From: an uncultured Chthonomonadaceae bacterium
GTDB taxonomy: Bacteria; Armatimonadota; Chthonomonadetes; Chthonomonadales; Chthonomonadaceae
Assembly (NCBI GenBank): GCA_963835065.1
Contig: CAWIEK010000046.1
Location: 32,001 to 96,000, forward strand
DNA length: 64,000 nt
Direction: 5' to 3'
Below the pieces are notes generated by a model that worked only from the letters and a program-made list of their open reading frames with translations, did not search any database and was not told the origin of the DNA. Within the stretch, counting starts at the first letter, position 1. Every line of letters begins with the position of its first letter. Made by a program: the position numbers and the translations under genes. Positions 30,744 to 40,608 of this stretch are shown in pieces.

Positions 30744-32280
30744 ATGCCCTCTTTCCGGTCACAGGCGGGACACGCCGCGTATCGCGTGTCATCAATCATG
30801 CCGTTTTCTGCGCGGATGCGCGTTCGCTCTCGTTGGCGACCCGGCGTTCCTGTGGCGCTGGGATGCCTGCTGGCGCTGGGACAGGTTTCACAGGCGCAGG
30901 CGCAAACTGCTGCGGCTTCAAAACCGACTCTGCCGCCCGCCACGTCCCGAACCGTTTTGAACGGCTTGCAGGACGCTTTTGCCGACCTTGCCGACAAAGT
31001 GGAGCCGGCGGTTGTCACGCTGTACAGCGTCAAGACGTTTCACGGTTCCGCCGACCGGGAAGCGCGAACGGGCGATAAGGGCAACGATTTTCGGATGCCG
31101 CGTCGCATTACCGGAACCGGGTCCGGCGTGATTATCAGCCCGGACGGGTGGGTACTGACCAATGACCATGTGGTTGGCGGCGCGGATAAAGTGACCGTCA
31201 AACTGCACGATGGGCGCGAGTTTACGGGCGAAGTGCGCCGGGACCGCCGCAGCGATCTCGCATTGGTGAAAATCACTTCGCCCTCGCCGTTTCCCGTCGC
31301 CGCGTTGGGCAATTCCGACAAAACCCGCATTGGGCACTGGGCAATTGCCATCGGCAGCCCGTACCGCTACGAAGGCTCGTTTTCCGTCGGCGTTATCAGC
31401 AGCCTGTCCCGCCGACAGCAAATTGCCGACAGTGGCGTTGCCGATGGCGTCCGCGTTTACAGCAATATGATCCAAACGGACGCGGCTATCAATCCCGGCA
31501 ATTCCGGCGGGCCGCTGTGCAACATTGACGGCGAAGTGATCGGCATCAACACGGCCATTGAAAGCGAAAGCGGCGGCAGCGTGGGCATCGGCTTCGCCAT
31601 TCCCATCAACATTGCGCGCCACATTGCCGACCAACTGCGCGAAAAAGGGCATGTGGATTACGGCTATTTGGGCGTTGGTCTGGTGTCGGTCACGCCGCGT
31701 CAAGGCTCCGCCCTGCATGTGCCATACGGCGCGTTGCTGGACAGAGACCCGGAGCCTGCCTCTCCGGCGGCGAAAACGGGACTCCGCGCCGGGGATGTCA
31801 TCACGGCCATGAACGGCAAAGCCATGCGAACGGAAAGCGACCTGCGCCTCGCCATCGGGCAAACGCCGCCCGGAACTCTGGTGGAACTGAGCGTGGTGCG
31901 CGACGGGCAGCCGCAAACGCTCAAAGCCACGCTAGACCGCGCCCCGGAAGTTTCCGAAGATACGCCCCACGCGCCCGCCAAGTCCAAATTAGGCATCGAA
32001 GTGCTGGCCCTGACCACCAAACTGATACAGGACTCCAATGTCGCTCCGGCAACAAAAGGCGTTCTGGTCAAATCCATTGATCCCGAAACCGCCATTTCCG
32101 AGACGCGCGGCCTGTCACACGGCGACATTATCCTGCGCGTCAACGGCAAAGACACGCCCAACGGTACAAGCCTTTCAAGCCGCTGTCGGCAATGTAAAAT
32201 CCGGCGACCAGATCACAGTCGTCTATCTGCAAGCCAGCAGTGATATGTTGAAGCGGTTTGCGATTGTTTCAGTAGAGTAG
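30744..32280 (+). CDS. HtrA/DegP serine protease with two PDZ domains (frameshift near 32160)
   Basis: GSGVII, TNDHVV, IQTDAAINPGNSGGPL, GIGFAIP; second PDZ completed in ORF 32038-32280; AGGAGG RBS. Confidence 0.9.
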
Positions 32281-32408
32281 GCATCAGGCATTAGGCATTA
32301 GGCATTAGGAAAGTTGGCTGACAGGTTGTCTTTCCGCAAAGACATGGCTCAATCTGTGAATTTTTTTCTTAATGCCTAATGCCTAATGCCTGATGCCTGG
32401 AGAATTCC

Positions 32409-33515
32409 ATGCCCCCCGAAGTTCTGCCCCTGCGCGGCATAGACCATTTGCGCTTTTTCGTCGGCAACGCGCGGCAATCTGCGTACTTTTATCGCAATGC
32501 GTTCGGCTTTGAAGTGGCGGCGTATGCGGGACTGGAAACCGGTTCGCGCAACGAAGCCGCTTATGTGCTGAAACAGGGCGAGATTACCTTTGTTCTCGCC
32601 TCGCCGCTGTCGGGCAGCCACCCGGACAATGCGCGGCTTGCGCTGCATGGGGATGGCGTTCAGGACATTGCGCTGGAAGTGGACGACGTGACGCAGGCGT
32701 ACACGGAAGCCACCCGGCGCGGCGCGATTGGCGTCACGCCGCCCACGCAACTAACCGATGAACACGGCATTTACGAGTTCGCCACCATTCGGGCTTATGG
32801 CGACACAACCCACAGCTTTGTCAACCGTGACCGCTATAAGGGCGTGTTCCTTCCCGGCTATCAGCCTTTGGAACCGGAGCGCTACGGGCCGCGCCACTTC
32901 AAGCCTGCCGGACTGAAAATCATTGACCATCTCGTCGGCAACGTAGAATTGGGCAAAATGGACGAGTGGGTCGGCTTTTACGAAAACATCATGGGCTTTT
33001 CGCAGTTGATCCACTTTGACGACAAGGACATCAGCACGGAATACAGCGCCTTGATGTCCAAAGTGGTGCAGGGCGGGCGGGGGCGAATTAAATTTCCGCT
33101 CAACGAGCCGGCGGAAGGGCGCAAAAAGTCGCAGATTGAGGAGTATCTGGAGTTTTATGGCGGGCCGGGCGTTCAGCATATTGCGCTGGCAACGGAAAAC
33201 ATCATTGAAACCGTGCAGGCATTGCGCTACAACGACGTGTCTTTCCTGACCGTGCCGCCCGCGTATTACGATGCCCTGCCCGAACGAGTCGGCGCAATCA
33301 AGGAAGACCTGCGCGAACTCGCCAAGTTGGGCATCCTGGTAGACCGCGACGAGGAGGGCTACCTGCTGCAAATCTTTACCAAGCCCGTGGAAGACCGCCC
33401 AACCCTGTTTTTCGAGATCATCGAGCGGCACGGCTCGCAGAGTTTCGGCAAAGGCAACTTCAAAGCCCTCTTCGAGGCCATCGAGCGTGAGCAAGAGAAG
33501 CGCGGGACTTTGTGA
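32409..33515 (+). CDS. hppD: 4-hydroxyphenylpyruvate dioxygenase
   Basis: IDHLVGNV, KSQIEEYL, GVQHIAL, LLQIFT, FFEIIER, FGKGNFKALFEAIE. Confidence 0.97.
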   Translation: MPPEVLPLRGIDHLRFFVGNARQSAYFYRNAFGFEVAAYAGLETGSRNEAAYVLKQGEITFVLASPLSGSHPDNARLALHGDGVQDIALEVDDVTQAYTEATRRGAIGVTPPTQLTDEHGIYEFATIRAYGDTTHSFVNRDRYKGVFLPGYQPLEPERYGPRHFKPAGLKIIDHLVGNVELGKMDEWVGFYENIMGFSQLIHFDDKDISTEYSALMSKVVQGGRGRIKFPLNEPAEGRKKSQIEEYLEFYGGPGVQHIALATENIIETVQALRYNDVSFLTVPPAYYDALPERVGAIKEDLRELAKLGILVDRDEEGYLLQIFTKPVEDRPTLFFEIIERHGSQSFGKGNFKALFEAIEREQEKRGTL

Positions 33516-33527
33516 CCTCAAGCAAAT

Positions 33528-33929
33528 ATGAGAAGCAAAGAAGAGGTAATGTTGATGTCTTTGCCTGATTTCATTCCTGTTCATCCACACTGGCTTTCTG
33601 TGCTGCTGTCTTCGCTCACCTGTCTTGTCGGCTTGGGAGCAGGAGTTTGCTTCAGCATGAGTGATGGCAGCGAGTTTTCAGACTTTCGCAATTCGGTAGG
33701 CGTTCTTTTGCTGCTCCTGAGTTTTCTGGTTATTGGTTTAATTGCCGGCTTGATTTTTATAACCATCGCCGGGCCAACGTTGTGGCTTTACAACTATCTG
33801 CACTGGCCGGGTTATGCTGCTATCCTGGTGGGCTTGCCGAGTGGCTTGTTCTGCGCTTTTGGAAGCGTATTTGCATTAGAGGCTTACGGCAGCAGAAAAT
33901 CAGCAGCCAAACCAGGACCGCAGGACTGA
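33528..33929 (+). CDS. Hypothetical membrane protein
   Basis: 3-4 hydrophobic helices; start uncertain. Confidence 0.6.
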   Translation: MRSKEEVMLMSLPDFIPVHPHWLSVLLSSLTCLVGLGAGVCFSMSDGSEFSDFRNSVGVLLLLLSFLVIGLIAGLIFITIAGPTLWLYNYLHWPGYAAILVGLPSGLFCAFGSVFALEAYGSRKSAAKPGPQD

Positions 33930-33947
33930 ACAGCAAGGGTAGGCCGC

Positions 33948-34706
33948 ATGGAAGCAGAAATTGTGAAGGGCAAAATAACAATCATAATCGGTGTGCCGGG
34001 AATGTGGGCGGATCGCAGCGCCATTGTTCAGGCGGTGACGAAGAACAATATGAACCGGCTGATGATGATGGGCAAGATGATTTTCCATGTGCCGACGCAG
34101 AACGGGTTTGAGTTTGAGATTTATCCGCACGACGCGAACCTGCGCCGCGCGTTTATGTATGCGGGGCAGGATTGGATTACCGAGCCGGAACTGGCGCAGA
34201 TTGACGCGCACCGGCATACGGTTTACGTTCTCGGACCGGGTGGCAATCTGGACAACGCCCGCGAAATGATGCTGATTACCAACGGCCTGCTCAACGCGGG
34301 CGGGCTTGCCGTCAAGGTGGAAAGTACGGGCAAGGCGTTTCGGCGCGAGGATTGGGCGCGGATGTGCGAGGGCAAAGGCCCGCTTGTGCTGTACGATGCG
34401 TATGTCGTGTTCAGCGTGGATCGGGACGGGGAGCAGTCTACCGTTTACTCGTGCGGGATGCACAACCTGGGCTATCACGACGCGATTATGACAGGTGACT
34501 TGCCGCCGCAGGAGGCCGTTGCCCTGCTGGACACGTTTCTCAAGTATTTGTTGGTGGAGCAGCCAGCGATTGGCGACGGACACACGTTTTCGCTTGCGCC
34601 GGATGCGCCCACTTACCGCCTGCATCTGGAACCCTGCGCCCTGTACCCCGCCGAAGACCCGTTTTTCAATCCGTTCGGGATGTGGCGGTTGGAAAAGCAA
34701 GGATGA
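33948..34706 (+). CDS. DUF4261-like protein
   Basis: AVKVESTG, YSCGMHNLGYHD, DGHTFS, FFNPFGMWRL pattern. Confidence 0.7.
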   Translation: MEAEIVKGKITIIIGVPGMWADRSAIVQAVTKNNMNRLMMMGKMIFHVPTQNGFEFEIYPHDANLRRAFMYAGQDWITEPELAQIDAHRHTVYVLGPGGNLDNAREMMLITNGLLNAGGLAVKVESTGKAFRREDWARMCEGKGPLVLYDAYVVFSVDRDGEQSTVYSCGMHNLGYHDAIMTGDLPPQEAVALLDTFLKYLLVEQPAIGDGHTFSLAPDAPTYRLHLEPCALYPAEDPFFNPFGMWRLEKQG

Positions 34707-34737
34707 AGGATGAAGGATGAAGGATGAAAAGTAACGT

Positions 34738-35721
34738 ATGAAATTGGTGCGGGTTGCGGGGAATGAGCCGTTTTATTCGGTTGTGGTTGAGCGGGCGGGG
34801 GAGGGGGAGCAGAGCGAACTGTTTGACTTCAATATCGTTGTGCCCAACGATCTGCGCCCGCGTATGCCGATGCGCCATCTGGAATTTTTGCCCGTGCTGA
34901 TGCAGATGCAGGAGCGTCCGGGCGTTTTGTCACGTCTGGCTCAGCGGCTGCAAAACGCGCCGGACGATGAGTACGCGCATTTCCGCCGCCCGCTTGCCGG
35001 GGAAACGCTGCTTGCCCCGGTGGAACCGCCCTCCTTCCGCGATTTCTATGCCTTTGAGCAGCATGTCCGCAATGCGCGGGGCAATCGCGGCCTGGACATG
35101 GTTCCCGAATGGTACGACGCGCCCGTGTTTTACTTTTCCAACGTGGCCGGGATTGTCGGGCCGAATGTTCCGGTTCGCAAGCCACGGGAAAGCCGCGAAC
35201 TGGATTTTGAACTTGAAATCGCCGTTGTCATTGGCAAAATGGGGCGCGACATTGCCGTATCCGAAGCGGACGGTTACATTGCCGGGTTTACCATTTGCAA
35301 CGATTGGAGCCTGCGCGACATTCAGCGGCAGGAAATGAAAGTGGGTCTCGGCCCCGCCAAAGGCAAGGACTTCGCCACCAGCATCGGCCCCTATCTGGTC
35401 ACGCCGGATGAACTTGCCGACCGCCTTCTGCCCGATACCAGCCGGGGCAACTCCTACGATCTGACTATGACTGCAACGGTCAACGGACAGGAAATCTCAC
35501 GCGGCAATCTGCGCGATATGCACTGGACATTCGCCGAACTGATCGCGCAAGCCTCCCGCAACACCGTTCTCAATCCCGGCGACCTTCTAGGTTCCGGCAC
35601 GGTAGGAACCGGCTGCCTCACCGAATTTCCGCCCGGAACGTATGAGTGGCTCCAGCCCGGTGACGTAGTGCGTTTAGAAATTGAGCGGCTGGGAGTTCTG
35701 GAAAATACAGTTTGCACCTAA
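34738..35721 (+). CDS. Fumarylacetoacetate hydrolase family protein
   Basis: RDFYAFEQH, LDFELE, NDWSLRD, AKGKDF, PGDLLGSGT. Confidence 0.93.
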   Translation: MKLVRVAGNEPFYSVVVERAGEGEQSELFDFNIVVPNDLRPRMPMRHLEFLPVLMQMQERPGVLSRLAQRLQNAPDDEYAHFRRPLAGETLLAPVEPPSFRDFYAFEQHVRNARGNRGLDMVPEWYDAPVFYFSNVAGIVGPNVPVRKPRESRELDFELEIAVVIGKMGRDIAVSEADGYIAGFTICNDWSLRDIQRQEMKVGLGPAKGKDFATSIGPYLVTPDELADRLLPDTSRGNSYDLTMTATVNGQEISRGNLRDMHWTFAELIAQASRNTVLNPGDLLGSGTVGTGCLTEFPPGTYEWLQPGDVVRLEIERLGVLENTVCT

Positions 35722-35767
35722 AACCATAGAACCCTAAAACCTTAAAACCCTAACCCGAGGAGCAACG

Positions 35768-37030
35768 ATGCGACTGCGCGTGAGTGACAACAAGCGTTTT
35801 CTCGTCTATGAAAACAATACGCCTTTCTTTTACCTGGGGGATACCGCCTGGGAACTGTTTCATCGCTTGAACCGCGAACAGGCCGACCATTACCTGCAAA
35901 CGCGGGCGAAACAGGGCTTTACGGTGATACAGGCGGTTGTACTGGCGGAGCATGGGTACGACAGGCCCAATCCTTACGGGCATCTGCCGCTTGTCAACAA
36001 CGACGTGGCGCAGCCGGTGGAGGCGTACTTTCAGCATGTGGATTATATCGTAGACAAAGCCGCGTCGCATAAGATGTGGACGGGGATGCTGCCGACATGG
36101 GGCGACAAGTGGAACCAGAAATGGGGCGCGGGACCGGAACTGTTCACGCCCGACAACGCCTTTGCGTGGGGCGAGTTTCTGGGCAAGCGGTATCGGGACA
36201 AGCCCATAATCTGGATTCTGGGCGGGGATCGCCCGGTTGAAAACGACGCGCACAGGGCTATTATACGCAATATGGCGGCGGGGTTGAAGGCGGGCGACGG
36301 CGGGGCGCATTTGAAAACGTTTCATCCGCAGGGACAGCAAACCTCGTCGCAATACTTTCACACTGCAGACTGGCTGGACTTCAATATGTACCAGACCGGG
36401 CACACGCGCAACCGGGACTGCTATAATTCTATCGCCCACGATTATGCCCTCGCGCCCACAAAACCGTGCCTGGATGCGGAACCCGGCTACGAAGACCATC
36501 CGAGCGGCTTCGATCCGAAAAACGGTTTTCTGGACGCGCATGATGTTCGTAAATTCGCGTATTGGGATTTGTTCGCGGGAGCCTGCGGGCATACGTATGG
36601 CTGTCACGACATCTGGCAGTTTTTGGGCGCGGCGGACTTCAAGGCCGTCAGTTCGGCGCGTACCGATTGGAAGGACGCGCTGATATTGCCGGGCGCAAAT
36701 CAAATGCTTCATGTCCGGCACTTGCTGGAATCGCGCCCGTTCCTGTCCCGCATCCCTGACCAATCGCTAATTGTATCCGGGCAGGGCGAAGGCATGGAAC
36801 ACGTACAGGCGACGCGGGACGAACACGGATCCTACGCCTTCGTCTACTTCCCGCTGCACAAAACCGTTGCCGTTGACCTGAGCAAACTGTCGGGCAAATC
36901 GGTACGCGCTTCGTGGTACGACCCGCGCACAGGCAAAGTCACACTCGGCGGCGATTACCCCAATACCGCGCAGGAATTCACGCCCCCGGTTCCGTCGGGT
37001 CCTGATTGGATTTTGATCTTGGACGCATAA
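35768..37030 (+). CDS. DUF4038 / GH140-like (apiosidase-like) glycoside hydrolase
   Basis: PFFYLGDTAW, QGFTVIQ, WILGGD, QTGH, DAEPGYE, GHTYG, C-terminal WYDPRTG...DWILIL. Confidence 0.88.
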   Translation: MRLRVSDNKRFLVYENNTPFFYLGDTAWELFHRLNREQADHYLQTRAKQGFTVIQAVVLAEHGYDRPNPYGHLPLVNNDVAQPVEAYFQHVDYIVDKAASHKMWTGMLPTWGDKWNQKWGAGPELFTPDNAFAWGEFLGKRYRDKPIIWILGGDRPVENDAHRAIIRNMAAGLKAGDGGAHLKTFHPQGQQTSSQYFHTADWLDFNMYQTGHTRNRDCYNSIAHDYALAPTKPCLDAEPGYEDHPSGFDPKNGFLDAHDVRKFAYWDLFAGACGHTYGCHDIWQFLGAADFKAVSSARTDWKDALILPGANQMLHVRHLLESRPFLSRIPDQSLIVSGQGEGMEHVQATRDEHGSYAFVYFPLHKTVAVDLSKLSGKSVRASWYDPRTGKVTLGGDYPNTAQEFTPPVPSGPDWILILDA

Positions 37031-37070
37031 GGTTGTCGTTTAACAGCAAAACGTCCTGAGAGAGCGCCAG

Positions 37071-37298
37071 GAAAAAGAAATATGTAGAGTCATCGTCGAA
37101 ATCTTGGCAATACAGCGCTTTCAGCCCGATGTCTCGTTGTGTCTGGTTGTAGGAGAGAGGCATCATGGCCTCAGCAGCGTCAGGGCGAACGGGGAGAGTG
37201 ACCAGGCATTGTCTCACACCTCCTTTCCGGGTGAGTTGATAGTTGATAGGAACTTCGACTTTCAACGGCCCGCCACCTGGCTGATTAGTAGATATATG
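37071..37298 (-). ncRNA. Candidate sRNA / micro-ORF transcript, copy 2 (MPGHSPRSP-UGA at 37209-37180)
   Basis: Paralogue of 17280-17532; SD AAAGGAGGTG; same core and U-rich end. Confidence 0.55.
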
Positions 37299-37304
37299 TC
37301 TGTA

Positions 37305-37332
37305 TTAGACGGGCGGATGGGGCGGTAGTTTC
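37305..37332 (-). promoter_or_regulatory. ECF-sigma-type promoter (copy 2)
   Basis: GAAACT-16 nt-GTCTAA on the minus strand, preceded by an A-tract as in copy 1. Confidence 0.6.
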
Positions 37333-37397
37333 GTTTTTTTTGCTTTTTTGATCTTTTTTTCTGGTTTCTTGGATTGTTGCTGTTGGGAGAACGATAG

Positions 37398-37449
37398 GCC
37401 GGGGCTTTGCAATCCCCGGTCGGAAAGCGCAAGCGTCCTGCGGACGCGG
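37398..37449. repeat. Single REP-like unit of the 8043/42698 family
   Basis: gccggggctttgcaatccccgg...gcgtcctgcggacgc. Confidence 0.75.
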
Positions 37450-37474
37450 ATTGTGCTATTTGTAAGCGTAGCCT

Positions 37475-38362
37475 TTATAATGCAAGAAGCGCCTGCGTTT
37501 TGGGATTGTCACTAAACGGTTCGTGTTCGGGCAGGTTGAAGTTGGCGATTAGAACTTCACGATTGAGGACGCGCGTGTTGCCGTTCTTTTCCGTGTTCAT
37601 GCCGGACGCCGATTGAACAGCGATTGTAAAGGCGTTTGGGAACAAAGCATGGATTTGGGGCGTGTCGTAGGAGGAATATATCCATTGGCAGGTGGAACGT
37701 CGCAGCCGTGCCGCCAGTTCCTCATGCTCCTCCCATGTTCGCATGTTGTGCTTGTAGTTGCAGCCGTTTTCCGGGTAGGGAGGGTCAACGTACAGGACGG
37801 TTCCGGCGCGGTCATAACGATCAAGGCACTGCCGCCAATCCAGACATTCGATAATAACGGAGCGTAAACGGTTATGCACAGGTTTCAAGCGTTCCTGAAG
37901 CGTCTTCAGTGCGCCGATGAGACGATTGCCGCCGCCACCATCCGTAATACTGGTTTGAAAGCGGGGGTAGTCCAGTTCGCCGCCCCATCCCGCCATGATT
38001 AGGTAGTAAAAACGATGGGCGCGTTGTACTTCATCAAGTTGTATTGGATCAAGACCGGCAAGGCGCTGAAACTCGGCGCGGGCGACAAGTTCCCATTCAA
38101 AGGATTGAAGCAATTTTTCGGGACAGTGTTTTACGATGCGAAAAAAGTTGATGAGTTCCTGGTCAACATCATTGAGGACTTCTACAGGACTCGGCGGCTT
38201 GCCGAACAACACCCACGCGCCCCCGGCAAACGGCTCTACGTAGCAGGTATGCGGAGGAAGCAGGGGAATGATCTGTTTTCGCAAGCGTGATTTGCCGCCG
38301 ACCCATCGAATGGGACTGTTGATGGTTTTGTACTCGGTGGAAGGGGCGTTTTTGGCTGCCAT
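37475..38362 (-). CDS. DNA adenine methyltransferase (Dam/D12 class), orphan
   Basis: PIRWVGGKSRL, YVEPFAGG, EVLNDV, YVDPPY; no adjacent endonuclease recognised. Confidence 0.93.
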   Translation of the reverse strand: MAAKNAPSTEYKTINSPIRWVGGKSRLRKQIIPLLPPHTCYVEPFAGGAWVLFGKPPSPVEVLNDVDQELINFFRIVKHCPEKLLQSFEWELVARAEFQRLAGLDPIQLDEVQRAHRFYYLIMAGWGGELDYPRFQTSITDGGGGNRLIGALKTLQERLKPVHNRLRSVIIECLDWRQCLDRYDRAGTVLYVDPPYPENGCNYKHNMRTWEEHEELAARLRRSTCQWIYSSYDTPQIHALFPNAFTIAVQSASGMNTEKNGNTRVLNREVLIANFNLPEHEPFSDNPKTQALLAL

Positions 38363-38456
38363 GCAAATCCTCTTCTTGAGATATTCTGCTGATAATTGAT
38401 TTTAACACAGTATTCTTAACAAAGTTACAGTCTACTTTCCCGACAAATGGCAAGCC

Positions 38457-38513
38457 GCATGTGAGAATACGATTTCACCGAGGTAAAAAGTTCTGGGTAT
38501 GTATGACGGGAAT
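38457..38513 (+). repeat. Cassette-separating repeat, copy A (left arm deleted)
   Basis: atgtgag-aat...gatttcaccgaggtaaaaagttctgggtatgtatgacggga aligns with copies B, C and E. Confidence 0.65.
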
Positions 38514-38543
38514 CGTTCCGGTTAGTAGAAGGGAGGTGCAGGG

Positions 38544-38996
38544 ATGGAGCCATTTGGAGACGAAATACTTGCAGCACAATTCAAAGACTTCTGTGGTGAG
38601 AAACGCTTTCGTAAATTTTTGGATGAACTGAATACAACATGTCGTGAGAAAGGACGGTTGCTTTTCTGGCAGCAAGACCTTTGGGACGCTTTTGTACTTA
38701 CGCACAACGAGTACGCCTGTATCTCCTTTGAATACCTTGCGGCTCCGATAGTTTCCTGTCCCGTTCATGGCTGCTTCTTCCAACCAGATCGTGTTCCCAT
38801 TTGTTACGGCCTAATAAGATTTACACCGGGCTATTGGGAAACAAGAAACACATATTTCCCATACGCGAATACCCTCATTCTAGGCGGTTGCGAAGTAGAT
38901 GAGCAGAGCGAAGGGGACGTAATGTATTGTCCCGAATGTCGCCGCGCCGAGCAGATATGGGAGCAAGAGCGAATTGCCTCAAGGGGGCCGAAGTAG
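38544..38996 (+). CDS. Hypothetical protein with CPxH / CPEC zinc-binding motifs (cassette 1)
   Basis: GGGAGGTG RBS; CPVH...LGGC...YCPEC. Confidence 0.75.
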   Translation: MEPFGDEILAAQFKDFCGEKRFRKFLDELNTTCREKGRLLFWQQDLWDAFVLTHNEYACISFEYLAAPIVSCPVHGCFFQPDRVPICYGLIRFTPGYWETRNTYFPYANTLILGGCEVDEQSEGDVMYCPECRRAEQIWEQERIASRGPK

Positions 38997-39003
38997 GGAA
39001 ACC

Positions 39004-39087
39004 ATGCAGAGATGTGAGGAATCCTTTATACCCGGAACTGATGATTTTACTGACGTGAAATGCCACAGGTATGTGTGACAGGGAGTG
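39004..39087 (+). repeat. Cassette-separating repeat, copy B
   Basis: atgcagagatgtgaggaatcctttatacccggaactgatgattttactgacgtgaaatgccacaggtatgtgtgacagggagtg. Confidence 0.85.
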
Positions 39088-39119
39088 TTCTGTGATGCTT
39101 TGCAGAAGGCTGATGGTAA

Positions 39120-39551
39120 ATGGAGAGTATTGGCACTAGCCAGTGTCTCCACAGGACAACCAATATGAAGCCTATTAACCTGATGCTGCCAAAACATCGC
39201 CGCCCAACCATTCATAAACTCATGCAGGGATTGAAGCGCGTCGCCAATGCTGTTTGGCTCGTCATCGTCGTGATTGTTGCAGGCCCTATGTTATTCCCCT
39301 TCTGGTTGCTGGACGAGGTGAAAACGAAACTCACACAATGCCGAAATTGTAGTCGCATAGGAGGCTTACGAAAATACGATCCTGAAAAGTATGGAGCCAC
39401 ATATTATCTTTGTATGCGTTGCAAGACTCGTTATCTGAACTATCGCGGTACATGGCAGGATGCTTCGGCTCCTGAATACGATGATAAATTCGGTAAGCAT
39501 CGGAATGTGCGCCCCCTACTTCGCGCCGAAAAAGACCAGAAGAGAGCCTGA
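39120..39551 (+). CDS. Hypothetical TM + zinc-ribbon protein (cassette 2; start may be 39165 or 39222)
   Basis: One TM, CRNC...CMRC. Confidence 0.65.
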   Translation: MESIGTSQCLHRTTNMKPINLMLPKHRRPTIHKLMQGLKRVANAVWLVIVVIVAGPMLFPFWLLDEVKTKLTQCRNCSRIGGLRKYDPEKYGATYYLCMRCKTRYLNYRGTWQDASAPEYDDKFGKHRNVRPLLRAEKDQKRA

Positions 39552-39633
39552 TGCAGACATTCGAGGAAAATACATACCCGGAACTTTGCCTTTTCAGGAC
39601 GGTAAATATCACAAGTATATTTGACAGGGAGTG
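39551..39633 (+). repeat. Cassette-separating repeat, copy C
   Basis: atgcagacattcgaggaaaatacatacccggaactttgccttttcaggacggtaaatatcacaagtatatttgacagggagtg; overlaps the upstream stop (TGATG). Confidence 0.85.
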
Positions 39634-39681
39634 CTTCGAGCCGCTTGCAGGATTCGGGCGGATTATGGCGAATGGGGAAAT

Positions 39682-40539
39682 ATGAAACGTCGTCTGCTAT
39701 TTGTGTCCGTGTTGGTTGTCGCTCTTCTGGTGAGTGGCTGCGGCCTGTCGGTGTGGCAGGCGAAGCGGCAGTATACGCTTAACCGGCAGTTGGTCGCGGC
39801 TCTGCTGAATAACGACAACAAACAGGCAATCGCTCTTGTCAACGCAGGAGCCGACCCGAACACACCCTATGCCACGCCGCCTGCGCCTTCCTTCAAACGG
39901 TTGCTGAATCAGCTGCTGCATCGTTCGTCTCCCCCTCCCCATAACGATCTCTGGGCGTTTTTATTTGTCTGTGGAGAAGGATGGGAACTAGACAATGGCG
40001 TCTTTGCGGATCACCGCACGGAAGATGTATACTTGGTTCAATCCATGCTGGAATATGGCGCGGATTGCAAGGGCGTAGATTCGGAAAATCATTCGGCTCT
40101 ATCTTGGGCCGCTTTACGCAGTCGTATCCATCTCACGCAACTACTGTTGGAACACGGTGCGAACGTCAATCAACAGGATACTTCTGGCAACACTCCCCTG
40201 ATGTATGCAGTTCGACACTTTGATGTAAACATGACACGCCTTCTGCTGGAGCATGGTGCGGATGTTTCCCTCAAAAATAAGTGGGAAGTCACAGCCTTAT
40301 ATGATGTCGTAAGTGAGTGTAGGCACCCCCACAACCACCACAACACAGATATTCTTCATCTTCTGCTGGCACATGGAGCCAACCCAAACCAACCTAGTGT
40401 AGACAACGGGACTCCCCTATGGCTTGCACAAAGTCGAGGAGAGGCCGATATTGTTACTCTGCTGCAAAAAGGCGCAAAACAGCACAAAGGCAGAAGCGGC
40501 AGGAGCAGGAGAGCGCAGGATGGAGCCGATGATGGGTAA
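39682..40539 (+). CDS. Exported ankyrin-repeat protein (cassette 3)
   Basis: Signal/lipobox-like N-terminus (LVSGC); LLEHGANVN, GNTPLMYA, LLEHGADV, GTPLWLA. Confidence 0.9.
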   Translation: MKRRLLFVSVLVVALLVSGCGLSVWQAKRQYTLNRQLVAALLNNDNKQAIALVNAGADPNTPYATPPAPSFKRLLNQLLHRSSPPPHNDLWAFLFVCGEGWELDNGVFADHRTEDVYLVQSMLEYGADCKGVDSENHSALSWAALRSRIHLTQLLLEHGANVNQQDTSGNTPLMYAVRHFDVNMTRLLLEHGADVSLKNKWEVTALYDVVSECRHPHNHHNTDILHLLLAHGANPNQPSVDNGTPLWLAQSRGEADIVTLLQKGAKQHKGRSGRSRRAQDGADDG

Positions 40540-40608
40540 GCGGATTGTGAGTAGGGGCACATATGTGAACAGGCAGGTACAGGGACAATAAGGCAGGTGT
40601 CAATTTCC

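Noticed and set aside
40540..40608. Sixth copy of the cassette repeat between the ankyrin and SUKH-4-like genes
   Set aside because: Only a weak resemblance (ggcacatatgtgaacagg) to the right end of the consensus, not enough to call.
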